The notes beneath the pieces are model-generated. The model saw only the letters and a program-made list of their open reading frames with translations. It was not told the origin of the DNA and did not search any database. A DNA stretch of 64,000 bases. It comes from Phycisphaerales bacterium. Its GTDB lineage: Bacteria > Planctomycetota > Phycisphaerae > WQYP01. The DNA lies in assembly GCA_027451365.1 (NCBI GenBank), contig DAIDJN010000041.1:96001-160000 (forward strand), given 5' to 3'. A program made the position numbers and the translations under genes. The first letter of the stretch is position 1, and the number at the start of each line of letters is the position of its first letter. Below are positions 1 to 9,810 of this stretch, piece by piece.

Positions 1-1
1 G

Positions 2-988
2 ACGCCACCAGGACATAAACGATTTTATTTATGTACCACAGAACTAAGCGTGGGAATATTTCTTTCGGTGTTGAATTCCAGTTCCAGTTTAATCCATCGG
101 CCATCCAATTCATTTTATAATCTGATCAAGCCGAACGGCAATTATTTCGGTCCGCATACCTGGGTATACCATCAAAGCGTCGGACAGGTTGAAATGGCCA
201 AGTCCTGGTTTACGAACACCAATCAGATTTACAACGCGCCGCGCTATAGTTCGGCGCTGCAAGCCGCCGATGGCAAGCGTTTAAGCCCCGCCGCCGGTGG
301 TCCGCCCCGGTCTGACGATCCGGTTAATTATCTGCCGCCGCAGGCGGCGGTTTATGTCGCGGCGCTGCTCGGTTGTCGATTGCCAACGTCCGCTGAATGG
401 CGGTATGCGTGGCGGGAAAAAGGCTCTGGCTCCCGGCCGCATCTGGCCGGCAAAACATTGGCCGGTTATGTGCAGTATCTTAAACGTGTCAATTCATCGA
501 AGGATGCCCGATTGCCCACTCCCCGTTACTGGGACCTTTATAATTATTCCGCCCCGGACCTGGCCGCATCGCTTCACTCATACGGTCCTTCGGCCAACCC
601 GATTCTCTGGTTTGAACCGGTCAGCGGCGCGGCCCGGTCGCCTGCGTTTATACATTTGACCGGCAATGTGGCTGAATGGGTGTTTGACGATACCCAGGCA
701 TATTCCAAAGCGTTCAAGGGCTGGATCAAAACGCCCAAAGCCCTCAACAGCGGTGCTGTTCAGGCACTTTTCACACCTGCCGCTCTCAAAATGGTTTATG
801 TGATTGGCGGGTCATGCCTTTCACCGCTGGGAAAAACCGCGCCGGACAAGCCGATCCCGATTAACTGGCACCTGCGGCGGACGCGAAGAGGCTTCGCGGA
901 TGTCGGCATGCGGCTGGCTTATCAACCGCGGGTGCTTACCCCGCAGGAACGCCTGGCGCAGCTGATTGGCGGCGATTGGTATTTCTAA
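2..988 (+). CDS. Formylglycine-generating enzyme (SUMF1/FGE-sulfatase) domain protein, 5'-truncated by window edge
   Basis: Frame open from base 2 (TPPGHKRFYLCTTELSVG...). FGE-family motifs CRLPTSAEWRYA, HLTGNVAEWV, GGS and DVGMRL. Confidence 0.75.
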   Translation, partial: TPPGHKRFYLCTTELSVGIFLSVLNSSSSLIHRPSNSFYNLIKPNGNYFGPHTWVYHQSVGQVEMAKSWFTNTNQIYNAPRYSSALQAADGKRLSPAAGGPPRSDDPVNYLPPQAAVYVAALLGCRLPTSAEWRYAWREKGSGSRPHLAGKTLAGYVQYLKRVNSSKDARLPTPRYWDLYNYSAPDLAASLHSYGPSANPILWFEPVSGAARSPAFIHLTGNVAEWVFDDTQAYSKAFKGWIKTPKALNSGAVQALFTPAALKMVYVIGGSCLSPLGKTAPDKPIPINWHLRRTRRGFADVGMRLAYQPRVLTPQERLAQLIGGDWYF

Positions 989-1139
989 TCGGCGGCTGGC
1001 CGCTCTGGCCGACCGCCTGCCAATCTGATGCCCGACGTTCAGCGCGTCATCTTAGGCTTAATCTCGCCGCACGGTCGAATAAATCGGTTGGAACCGGCAA
1101 CCCGCTAATTTCAACGGTTAAATTCAGCTTTTCAGCAAT

Positions 1140-1213
1140 TGCGCCCGGCGGGAGTCGAACCCACAACCGTCCGCTTAGAAGGCGGATGCTCTATCCAGTT
1201 GAGCTACGAGCGC
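1140..1213 (-). tRNA. tRNA-Arg(TCT), CCA not encoded
   Basis: Reverse complement GCGCTCGTAGCTCAACTGGATAGAGCATCCGCCTTCTAAGCGGACGGTTGTGGGTTCGACTCCCGCCGGGCGCA. D-loop, anticodon arm TCCGC-CT[TCT]AA-GCGGA and T-loop GTTCGA are present. Confidence 0.96.
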
Positions 1214-1460
1214 TTCGGCTGCTTAAAATGTAAACGAAGCGGGGTGGCAAAGCCAATGGCGGGGTGGCGAACGCCGTGGAGCTATGCAAGCCAACCTCGC
1301 CGTTCCCTTTTTTTTGCCGCAGGCCAAAATATACGCCAACTCCGCAAAGCAGGAAAGGATGTGTGATTCGGTCCGCTGGCGGAACGATTGATCGCAGCTG
1401 CGCCGCGCTGCAAATAAAGTCGGTCCATCTGCCCGGAAACGCGATGATGCAATGGACTGG

Positions 1461-1477
1461 CGGCCCTGAATTTGCAT
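1461..1477 (+). promoter_or_regulatory. Possible sigma54 -24/-12 promoter for the J-like/Hsp70 pair
   Basis: CGGCCC-TGAAT-TTGCAT (GG-N10-GC) about 95 bp upstream of ATG 1573; imperfect -24 element. Confidence 0.35.
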
Positions 1478-1572
1478 GGCATTTCCGCTTCCCCACCATT
1501 CATTTTTTGTCCGCGTTGAAGTATACTTCTTAAGATTCGCTGGAGCGATATTCATGGCCAGGGAGTTGATAA

Positions 1573-2979
1573 ATGTTATTGTCGCTGTCTGAAGATATGC
1601 TGGCGAATCCTTACCGAGTGATCGGTTTGCCCGCGGGTGCCGGACAGAATGATATCGACCTTGCCGTGCGGCGGATGCGAATATGGAAAAGCCCCGCGGA
1701 CATTCCACCCACCCCATGGGATTTTCCCCAATTCGGTCCTGTTCCCCGCGAAAAGGCGGATTTGGAGCGGGCGGTCGGATTGCTGATGAATCCGGCAACG
1801 CGGCTGGTGGCGCGAGCCTGGTGGTTTACCGCACTGCCAGGTGAGTTAAATACGGTCGCGGCTAAAACCGCCCCGGCGGCCGGCGTATCATTGCGTGCCT
1901 TGCAGGCCCATGACAAGGCGTTGACGTGTTTATTTGATCTGGCAAAAAAATCGCCGGATGTTTCCCGCAACCATTTATCCTGGTGTGCGGCATTGGCCAC
2001 TTTGGGCGTAAGCCTGCGTGCGGAAGATTATCTGCGCTGGTCGGCAGGCGTTGAGGTGACCGGAGCCGCCGAAGGTTTTGAAAAGGCCGCCAGTCCACAG
2101 GAAATAATGGATATACCCCAGTCATGGGCGTTGGCACTGTTGCCCAAACTGCGCAACTTCTGTCACAACGCGTACGATGCCAGCGCGTTTGATCAGTCGG
2201 TTGCATTTATCCGTCTGGCCCAACAGACGAGTCGCGACCATCCGGAAGCCATGCATTTGCGGAGCACCATGCTGGAACTTATGGAGCGCAATTTGCTAAT
2301 CAATTGCCCGCGCGTACAGAATTTTATATACCACGGGATTCCATGGAAACGGTGGGAAAAAATTTTTGTTGGGCGAAAATCCCGCCAGATATGTCGCCAG
2401 GCGGAGCAGGAGATTGAGCAGACGCTTTTACCTTTGTATCGGGCCTTCATCAAGCTTCAGGCACCGGAGTATCACGACACGCGAGCTGTACAAATCGCAT
2501 TTAACGCGATGGTACGCAATATGGCCGTGGGCTGGTCGCACGTAGGCGCCACTGCCAATGCGCGCCGCTGGGGTGCCTTATTACAGTCGGAATCGCGACA
2601 ACCTCTCACCGTGGGACGACGCTTGTTGATGAGTCTGCGGTCAAATCGAGTATCGTGGACAGTGTTAGGTGTCATCATCCTGGGCGTTGCATCGAATCTG
2701 TTTAATCAATCGCCACGCGACACTTATTTTCCGCCCCGGCCCTATTACAATCCGGCCCTGCCCCATGCGCCGGCTCGTCAAAACATGCTCTCTGGCAATG
2801 CGCCTCAGCCTGCGGTCTCGGATGGCAATAAGGCTGCATTGCCATCTTACATCCGGCCACGCGCCTCACCACCTGACATTTATCATCCACCGGTTTACTC
2901 TGGCGATACATCCCAATATCACCTGCCGCCAATGGGCGGCTGGGCACCGGCTGGTATATCACGACCTGGTGCCAGATAA
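1573..2979 (+). CDS. Hypothetical membrane-anchored protein with J-domain-like N-terminus (no HPD)
   Basis: GGGAG RBS. N-terminal NPYRVIGLPAGA resembles J-domain helix I. Helical middle, hydrophobic segment VSWTVLGVIILGVASNLF, Pro-rich tail. Directly upstream of an Hsp70. Confidence 0.65.
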   Translation: MLLSLSEDMLANPYRVIGLPAGAGQNDIDLAVRRMRIWKSPADIPPTPWDFPQFGPVPREKADLERAVGLLMNPATRLVARAWWFTALPGELNTVAAKTAPAAGVSLRALQAHDKALTCLFDLAKKSPDVSRNHLSWCAALATLGVSLRAEDYLRWSAGVEVTGAAEGFEKAASPQEIMDIPQSWALALLPKLRNFCHNAYDASAFDQSVAFIRLAQQTSRDHPEAMHLRSTMLELMERNLLINCPRVQNFIYHGIPWKRWEKIFVGRKSRQICRQAEQEIEQTLLPLYRAFIKLQAPEYHDTRAVQIAFNAMVRNMAVGWSHVGATANARRWGALLQSESRQPLTVGRRLLMSLRSNRVSWTVLGVIILGVASNLFNQSPRDTYFPPRPYYNPALPHAPARQNMLSGNAPQPAVSDGNKAALPSYIRPRASPPDIYHPPVYSGDTSQYHLPPMGGWAPAGISRPGAR

Positions 2980-3010
2980 TCACCATCGGATTTTTGAAAG
3001 GCTGTTCGAA

Positions 3011-5551
3011 GTGAGCGGAAGTGAATATTATTTTGGCATAGACTTAGGCACCACCAATTCCAGTATTTCGCTTTGTCTGGACGGGCAAGTGCGGGTATTG
3101 CCCAACATGGACGGTGATCAAATCACACCTTCGGTGGTCCATGTGGATGAACTTGGCGTTATTCGCATCGGACGTCAGGCGTATGAATCTTGGGCGGTGG
3201 ATCCGGCCAATACCCAGGCTGAATTCAAACGTTGGATGGGCTTCTCCGATGAGCTTGCTTTTCCCGCATCCGGGCGCAGCATTTCCGCGGAGGAACTTTC
3301 CGCCGAGGTCCTTAAATCTCTTTTGGCTGATGCCCAGCGGCACACCGGAGTGCGGCCCGAGTCTTCTGTGGTAACCGTTCCCGCCGCCTTCGGACAGTTG
3401 CAATGTGAAGCCACCACCCGTGCCGCCGCCCGTGCGGGACTTAAGATTGCACCACTGCTTCAGGAACCCATTGCCACAGCGATCGCCTATGGGGCGGATC
3501 CAACCGCTGGTGATCAGCGTTGGATGGTGTTTGATCTTGGTGGCGGCACGTTGGATATTGCCATAGTCTCCACGCGCAACGGGCGACTGGCGGTGCTGGA
3601 ACACTGCGGCGATAACCGCCTTGGTGGAAAAGATATGGATCGCGCGATTGCGTCGGATATTTTTATTCCCGCACTTGCCGGCGGCTTTACACTGCCGGAT
3701 CAACAAAAGCAGCCAGCGGCCTTTAATCAATTATTTCGCCGGTTGGTGCGGCACGCAGAGATAGCAAAAAAAGTGCTTTCCACAACCGATTCCGCGAATA
3801 TTTCCCTGCTTGATCTGGGCGTGGACAAGCAAGGGCGCCCCATGCAGATGTCGCTTACGGTGACACGATCTCAGATGACCGCCGCAATTCAGCCACTCCT
3901 GGATCGCTGCCTTAGCCTGGCGCAACTGGCACTCACCAAGGCGCGTATGACCGCCAGTGGCCTGACGAGTGTCATTGGTGTCGGTGGGCCTGCCCGCATG
4001 CCCTGCATTCGGGACATGCTGGAGTCCAGCATGGGCATTGCAATGCGCTGCGACCTTGATCCAATGACAGTGGTTTCCCAGGGTGCGGCCCGATTTGCCG
4101 CCGCCAGCGATTGCCTGGGCGCGACTGGATTATCCGAAACGGATCAACCAGCGACCAGTGAAAGTGCTTCCATAAAAGTTCCTATTTCAATTTCGCATGA
4201 ACGGTCCAGTGCCACGGTCTTATCGCCGGTAGGTGGCACGGTCCCGTTATCCGCGGGCATTGCAACTATCCGGTTGAAAAGGCGTGGTGGAAAAGTCGAA
4301 TGGAACAGCGGCTTGATTCCTATTGTCAGCGGCCAGTTTTCCACCACTTTAAAATTGGATGAAAAAGCGGCCGTCACGCGGTTTGTTATTGAGGCCTTTG
4401 GCAAACAGGGTCAGGCTATTCCCGTTGATCCTTCCGGCTTTTCAGTCGCGTTGGCCATGCCGCTGGCCGCCGCCCCGCTTCCGCATACCATCGCGGTGGA
4501 ATTAACCGACGTGCATGGAAATACTGTGTATGAGCCGATTTTTCAACGTGACAGTGCGCTGCCCGCGGAAGTCACCCGCAGCTATAGGGCGGAGGCGTCG
4601 CTGCGGCCCAGTGAGCCGGAAGGTCGTTTGCCGATTAAATTCTGGGAAATAGATGTATCGGAAGATACGTCAGAGCGCTGGTGGTGCGGCTGTGTGGAAA
4701 TTTCCGCCACGAATTTAAGCCGTCCTGTTTCCGAAGGTGCGGAAATACAATTGAAAATCCGTATCGATGCATCCCGCAAGATTCATGTCAATGCCCATAT
4801 TCCCTCGATTCATCAGACCTTTGCGGAAGATGTCTATCTGCCGGATCCGCCATCGGCAAGTTCTCATTTGCAAACACAGCTTGATTCCTGTTTTGACCGT
4901 TTACGAAGCGCCTGGCAGCGAATCTATTCCTCCGGCAAAGATGATTTGAAACCAACGTTAACCCGGATTCAGGAGGAGCTTGACGAAATGGCTTTGCAGA
5001 CCGGATCGGTCATAGGGGCATCGCGCCGCATCGACCCGGATGTATTGTTGCGTCAGGCCGGGCTGCTGCGCGGGATACGCATAAAACTGACGCACGTGGA
5101 AGAACAGTTGGTTTCAGAAATTGATCATGTGCTGCTGGTTAGAATTCAAGGCATCATGCGATTTACAGAGCAAATATGCCATGACCACGGCGATGCCGAC
5201 GAACAAAAGCAATGTGCGGACTTGCGGCGGCGCTTTAACGGCTACAAATCTACCGGAGATTCCCGTGGCGTTCGCTGGATTGAAATAGAACTGCGCCAAT
5301 TGCAAAATCCGATACTCGAACGCATGCCCGAATACTGGACAGAGTGGCTTGAGGCGCTTAATTCGCCGGGGCGGTTTAATTTTATTTCGCGACGCGAGGC
5401 GGACCAATGGCTGGGCAAAGCCAACGCGGCGGAGAAAGCAGGAGAGCAGACGGAAATGCGCCGGTGTATTCGCGCCTTATGGAGCCTTCTACCCGATCGC
5501 GATCAGGCGGCACGCAACCGCGATTCGCAAACGGGTTTGCGGGGCGGATAA
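3011..5551 (+). CDS. Hsp70/DnaK-family protein (specialised paralog, ~846 aa)
   Basis: NBD motifs GIDLGTTNS, TVPAAF, EPIATA, FDLGGGTLD, LGGKDMD and VGGPARMP; divergent, extended C-terminal half. GTG 3011 chosen because the ORF-track start overlaps the upstream gene. Confidence 0.9.
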   Translation: MSGSEYYFGIDLGTTNSSISLCLDGQVRVLPNMDGDQITPSVVHVDELGVIRIGRQAYESWAVDPANTQAEFKRWMGFSDELAFPASGRSISAEELSAEVLKSLLADAQRHTGVRPESSVVTVPAAFGQLQCEATTRAAARAGLKIAPLLQEPIATAIAYGADPTAGDQRWMVFDLGGGTLDIAIVSTRNGRLAVLEHCGDNRLGGKDMDRAIASDIFIPALAGGFTLPDQQKQPAAFNQLFRRLVRHAEIAKKVLSTTDSANISLLDLGVDKQGRPMQMSLTVTRSQMTAAIQPLLDRCLSLAQLALTKARMTASGLTSVIGVGGPARMPCIRDMLESSMGIAMRCDLDPMTVVSQGAARFAAASDCLGATGLSETDQPATSESASIKVPISISHERSSATVLSPVGGTVPLSAGIATIRLKRRGGKVEWNSGLIPIVSGQFSTTLKLDEKAAVTRFVIEAFGKQGQAIPVDPSGFSVALAMPLAAAPLPHTIAVELTDVHGNTVYEPIFQRDSALPAEVTRSYRAEASLRPSEPEGRLPIKFWEIDVSEDTSERWWCGCVEISATNLSRPVSEGAEIQLKIRIDASRKIHVNAHIPSIHQTFAEDVYLPDPPSASSHLQTQLDSCFDRLRSAWQRIYSSGKDDLKPTLTRIQEELDEMALQTGSVIGASRRIDPDVLLRQAGLLRGIRIKLTHVEEQLVSEIDHVLLVRIQGIMRFTEQICHDHGDADEQKQCADLRRRFNGYKSTGDSRGVRWIEIELRQLQNPILERMPEYWTEWLEALNSPGRFNFISRREADQWLGKANAAEKAGEQTEMRRCIRALWSLLPDRDQAARNRDSQTGLRGG

Positions 5552-5942
5552 ATAAATCAGTCACTTGTCTGGCTTTAGCGGATGACTTTTATGGCTGGTG
5601 GCGGACGAACGCGGATTGCCTATGAATAACACCGCGACGCTGGTCCGCGGACCTTCGCGGAATCACCTGACAAATAGACAATACATGATTAAATCAAAGG
5701 GTTTGTGCAAGTGGAACAATATTGCCGGAATTACGAAATATTTAAATGGTTCTCGCGAAGAATCGTAATACGTGGGTGGCCTGCGGTCGAGGTATCATTG
5801 ATTGACAGTGTAGGAAATGGATCGCGACCGGTGTCTGCAAATAGCCCTTTCTGCCTTTCGGCATAAGACAAAGTGGATTTTAAGCTCGCCTCGTCGCCGC
5901 CCGCGCGTTGACCGCAACCAGAAAAAAGTCTAGTTGAATGCA

Positions 5943-5972
5943 TTGACAGAACCAATAGAATTTGGGTACACT
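5943..5972 (+). promoter_or_regulatory. Candidate sigma70 promoter
   Basis: TTGACA-N18-TACACT about 55 bp upstream of the CDS at 6026. Confidence 0.4.
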
Positions 5973-6025
5973 TATCAACGTCTTATCTAGTTTCTAGTAT
6001 ATGTTTTGGCGTGCGGAGGTGCGGT

Positions 6026-7171
6026 ATGGAAATGCGTTGGTGTGTATTTTCCGGTCTGACTTTGGCTGTCTGGGGCGCTCAACCGACCTTGGCGGTAACT
6101 GCAAAGGCAACAACCGCGGGGCCGAGCGATGCGGCATTTTCCAACAATTCCGGCGGAGTGGTCAATGTGGCCGCTTATAGCGAAGCCGCGGGAATTATGA
6201 ATGCCTCGGTTACGCCGTCGGAAACGCTTGGCGGTGCCACAGTTCCAGTGGCAAGTTCTTCTTACGGCGTCGGCATTACGAGCCAGGCAATAGCAGTTCC
6301 CGGCCCGATGAAAGTAAACCAGTTCGGATATTTGCGGCAAAGCTATACATTTCAGAAGCCCGTTGCCCAGATTAAACCTGTGAACAAAAGTTTACTGAGT
6401 TTCCCCGGCGATCAGGTTTCCATCACCTCGGAAACGGAGGGTTACACCGGTTTTGCGCAGGTCGAAAATGTCACCAACCCTTTAACCGGCCAGGTTACTC
6501 CCCGTAATGCCGTGATCGCCGAGGCCAGCGTGCCCGATGGTGAGGTTCCTCCGGGTGATGCCGGCGCGCTTGCTGGCGATCCGATTTCCATCCCAACAGG
6601 TACCTACAATTACAACCCCACAATTAGTTGCTCAATAACCGACAACACTTCCGGCGATGAGGCTGTGGCGCAGACTTATGCGGTTGATGCATCCACGTTC
6701 ACGTCCGATTCGCTGGACAATTTCGGGCTTGACGGCATGCCCCTGTCCCAAACGCTGTGGTATGTCACGGTGGGGGAGGCGGGGCCAGTGACCAGCGCCG
6801 GTTCGCTGGCGAAACTGGAGATTGATTTCGAGCTTAATCCGCTGGCGCTTAAGGAAATTACACTTCCGCAATCGTTTCTCAATTCCCTGCCGGCCTTTAC
6901 AACTACCGCCCAGGAAATCGCGGAAATAAATCAGGCCGTCGACAACGCCATCGCCAATGGGATGGCGTTCAGTGGAAATCAGGAAACGCTCAACGGATTC
7001 GATCCGTTTCCTGTCGGCACTACCTACAGCCCGCTTTCCAATAACCAGGCTTATGGAGACGGAGCCGCCGCCGAAGTGGCCGCTCCAGTGCCAGCTTCCA
7101 TCTGGCTGATGGGATTTGGAACTTTGGTTCTGCTGACGCGGAAATCGCAGACTCGTATAAAGTGTTCCTGA
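6026..7171 (+). CDS. Secreted surface protein with PEP-CTERM-like (PVP) sorting signal
   Basis: GGAGGT RBS, signal peptide, S/T/A/G-rich body. C-terminus AAPVPASIWLMGFGTLVLLTRK (motif + TM helix + basic tail). Confidence 0.8.
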   Translation: MEMRWCVFSGLTLAVWGAQPTLAVTAKATTAGPSDAAFSNNSGGVVNVAAYSEAAGIMNASVTPSETLGGATVPVASSSYGVGITSQAIAVPGPMKVNQFGYLRQSYTFQKPVAQIKPVNKSLLSFPGDQVSITSETEGYTGFAQVENVTNPLTGQVTPRNAVIAEASVPDGEVPPGDAGALAGDPISIPTGTYNYNPTISCSITDNTSGDEAVAQTYAVDASTFTSDSLDNFGLDGMPLSQTLWYVTVGEAGPVTSAGSLAKLEIDFELNPLALKEITLPQSFLNSLPAFTTTAQEIAEINQAVDNAIANGMAFSGNQETLNGFDPFPVGTTYSPLSNNQAYGDGAAAEVAAPVPASIWLMGFGTLVLLTRKSQTRIKCS

Positions 7172-7798
7172 TATTTGTACCGTAGCGGCAGGTCGCCTGT
7201 TCCGCGACGGGCGGCCATAAATGCTTGCCATTGCGTTAGTCATTTGTGTTCTGACGGATCGGGGATTATCGCAGGATCGCCAAGTGTATTCGCTCGCATT
7301 ATTCCCTTTCGTGGCACGGTATTGGCAATCACTTCTGTTTACATTTGGTTTTCGTTCGTTGCCATAATTGGCGGCTTTTGATTATTCGCGATTATTATTC
7401 TTTGGCCAAATGTTGAAAATGGGTTGCATAAGCGGCCGGTTTTCCAATTGGCCAAAGAATTGGCGATCCCCATAGTTGAAACTACGAAGCGCCAACAACA
7501 ATGGTATTTAACTGCGTTTGGCGTTATAAACAACTGCGGGCAAAGCCATCTGTGGGGCCGCAAAGGCATAATACAGGCCGCGTTTATCAGGCATTGAAGT
7601 TCGTTTTGCACTTCGTTGCCACAGGCTGCAAATACCGTAGCCGATAGGTGAAAAGCCTAATGCCAGGATGGCAATATTCGGAGTCGGCGTCAGGCAGGAA
7701 TTCGTAGGGCTTTTATCGAGAAAATTCCAATGGCGTGGATCGCTCCAAACTGGAATAATAACCATCATGGAAGCCGGGAATGCGAGAAGCGGACGGTT

Positions 7799-7816
7799 TT
7801 GTGAATAGTTTCACAA
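7799..7816. promoter_or_regulatory. Rex-type operator (also matches CRP-family site)
   Basis: TTGTGAA-TAGT-TTCACAA matches TTGTGAA-N4-TTCACAA and TGTGA-N6-TCACA; 70 bp upstream of the cytochrome operon. Confidence 0.7.
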
Positions 7817-7886
7817 TATCCGCATAAAACCCGGAACTTTCTGTTTTGTCGTTGTGTACGGCAAAGAAGCTGCTTAAGGAGAAACC

Positions 7887-8363
7887 ATGTTTGGTCGAAG
7901 CTGCGTGAAATCATGCCTTCTTGTTCTGGGCATTGCCGCGGTAACCTGTGGTATCACAGGTTCGCTGGAGGCGGCTTATCAGATCGCCGCAACGGGGCGT
8001 GTGACGGGCATTTTTCATTTTGATTCTTGGCGAGCGCCCGCCAGGGCGAAAAAAATCACCAATCCAATCCCCCTTACTCCGGCCTCGGTACAGGCCGGCG
8101 AAGTGGTGTACACGCAAAATTGTGTCGCATGCCACGGGGCCAATGCACAGGGAGACGGGCCGACTGGGGCGTTTTTATCGCCGCACCCGGCCAATTTGAC
8201 CAAAGCCAGCTTCTGGGCGCAAGGCGAAGGTGCCATTTTCTGGAAAATCAGCCATGGACACAGCCCGATGCCGGAATTTGCCGATTCATTAAGCCGCAAA
8301 CAGCGCTGGAATGTCATCAATTATCTGAAGAAAAATTTTGATCCAGCCGGGGCGGGGAAGTAA
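7887..8363 (+). CDS. Monoheme cytochrome c (exported)
   Basis: AAGGAG RBS, signal peptide, CVACH heme motif, distal Met in HSPMPEF, WRAP..NP N-terminal motif. Confidence 0.9.
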   Translation: MFGRSCVKSCLLVLGIAAVTCGITGSLEAAYQIAATGRVTGIFHFDSWRAPARAKKITNPIPLTPASVQAGEVVYTQNCVACHGANAQGDGPTGAFLSPHPANLTKASFWAQGEGAIFWKISHGHSPMPEFADSLSRKQRWNVINYLKKNFDPAGAGK

Positions 8364-8406
8364 CCCGTTTTGACTGAATGTCCATTTTCCAGGGAAAGGA
8401 ACCACC

Positions 8407-9771
8407 ATGAGACGTAGTACCCGAGTCGCGATGTGCCTCGCACTGGGACTGGCGGCATTGCCAGTTGCCGGTCTGCGTGCGGACCCGACCACCCAGCAGA
8501 AGTACGATGCCCTGAAAGCTCAGATGGCCGCCATGGCCCGGCAGATGGCTTCCATGCAGAAGCAAATGGCCGCGATGAAAAAGCAGCAGGCCGCAATGGC
8601 CGCTTCCACTCAATCCACCGATCAGAAAGCCATAGATCGATCTGTTCGCAGGCTCTACAAAAAGGTCATGAAGGAAAGTCAGAAGATTAGCGCTTTGGAA
8701 CCTGGAAACATTCAGGTGCTCATTGCCGGCGATGTGAATTTTCAGTTTCAGCATCAGCAGGGCCATGCCTCTACCTTTTACGCCGATTCCAGCCCGATGA
8801 TTCAAGTTCGTGTGGATAAGAATATTTTTATCAACACCGCGTTCGATTTCTATACCCAGTCCGGCGGTGCCGGCGGCGTCAATTCCGACATTGGTGCCGC
8901 GAACCTGAATTATGAATTAAATGATAATATAACCCTTGGCGGTGGTCTCATCAGCAGCCCCATCGGCGGGATTGTGGGTATATATAATCCCGCACCGTGG
9001 AACAGGTGGGTTGTGGATGGCTCCTTGGAAGACAATCTGCTTCCCCCAAATGAACTCGGCGTCTGGGCTCGAGGCGGTGTTCCGGCTCCCAACAATCTCG
9101 GCTATCTGACTTATTTTCTATTTGCCAGCAACGGGCCGGCATCTACCTCGACCAACGGAACCGCCAATAGCGCCGGTTCGTACAACTCTTATACTGGACT
9201 TAATTACGGCAATTGGAATCCGGCGGCACAAAACGGCAAGGCCATTGGTGGCCGCGTCAGCTATCTGCCCATTCCCAATATCGAAGTCGGATATTCTTTT
9301 GAATATGCCCGTCCCAGTGCCGATGGCAGTCCGGTTACCATTAACTCGCTGGTACAGGCCGTGGATTTCAACGCCTATTATGTCAACAAAAAAATTGACG
9401 GGCTGTTCCGCGTACGGGGTGGCTGGACCTGGGATCAGGTCGGTCAAGGCCTGGTCGTGGCCAATGCTTCGGGCGGATTCAGCAGTCTTGGCGGCGATTC
9501 CAACGGCGGCCAGATCGAATTTGCCTATCAGCCGTCCATGTGCGGTATTAAATATCTCAATCGTGTCATGGCGGCGTTCCGTTACGACAGGATTGATGGT
9601 CCTGTTTCTCAGGCGCTTAGCGGTTCAGACCACGAACAGCGTTACACCTTCGGCCTGGATTACTGGTTGCATTCCAACGCGGTTCTCAAATGCGAGTATG
9701 AATTTGATAACCTGTCCGGTGGCCAGCACGGTGCTGACGCCGTATTTATGCAGTTTGCGGTTGGTATCTGA
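8407..9771 (+). CDS. Putative outer-membrane beta-barrel porin with N-terminal Met-rich coiled coil
   Basis: Signal peptide, coiled coil YDALKAQMAAMARQMASMQKQMAAM, amphipathic strands (GGRVSY, YTFGLDYW, LKCEYEF), C-terminal FMQFAVGI. Confidence 0.8.
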   Translation: MRRSTRVAMCLALGLAALPVAGLRADPTTQQKYDALKAQMAAMARQMASMQKQMAAMKKQQAAMAASTQSTDQKAIDRSVRRLYKKVMKESQKISALEPGNIQVLIAGDVNFQFQHQQGHASTFYADSSPMIQVRVDKNIFINTAFDFYTQSGGAGGVNSDIGAANLNYELNDNITLGGGLISSPIGGIVGIYNPAPWNRWVVDGSLEDNLLPPNELGVWARGGVPAPNNLGYLTYFLFASNGPASTSTNGTANSAGSYNSYTGLNYGNWNPAAQNGKAIGGRVSYLPIPNIEVGYSFEYARPSADGSPVTINSLVQAVDFNAYYVNKKIDGLFRVRGGWTWDQVGQGLVVANASGGFSSLGGDSNGGQIEFAYQPSMCGIKYLNRVMAAFRYDRIDGPVSQALSGSDHEQRYTFGLDYWLHSNAVLKCEYEFDNLSGGQHGADAVFMQFAVGI

Positions 9772-9810
9772 ATCAGTTGATTTTGACATGATCAATATTA
9801 GGAGTTCATC

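Noticed and set aside
990..1213. tRNA-Arg as an integration site
   Set aside because: No integrase and no duplicated tRNA 3' end seen in the window.
2669..3010. N-terminal 114 aa of the 960-aa Hsp70 ORF
   Set aside because: It overlaps the upstream gene; Hsp70 homology starts at GTG 3011.
7538..7570. GGGCAAAG-CCA..TGG-GGCCGCAAAGG resembles a c-di-GMP-I riboswitch P1
   Set aside because: No GNRA tetraloop and no recognisable P2/receptor stem.
7172..7790. Short ORFs on both strands in an AT-richer gap
   Set aside because: No motifs and inconsistent frames; may be a decayed gene but unsupported.
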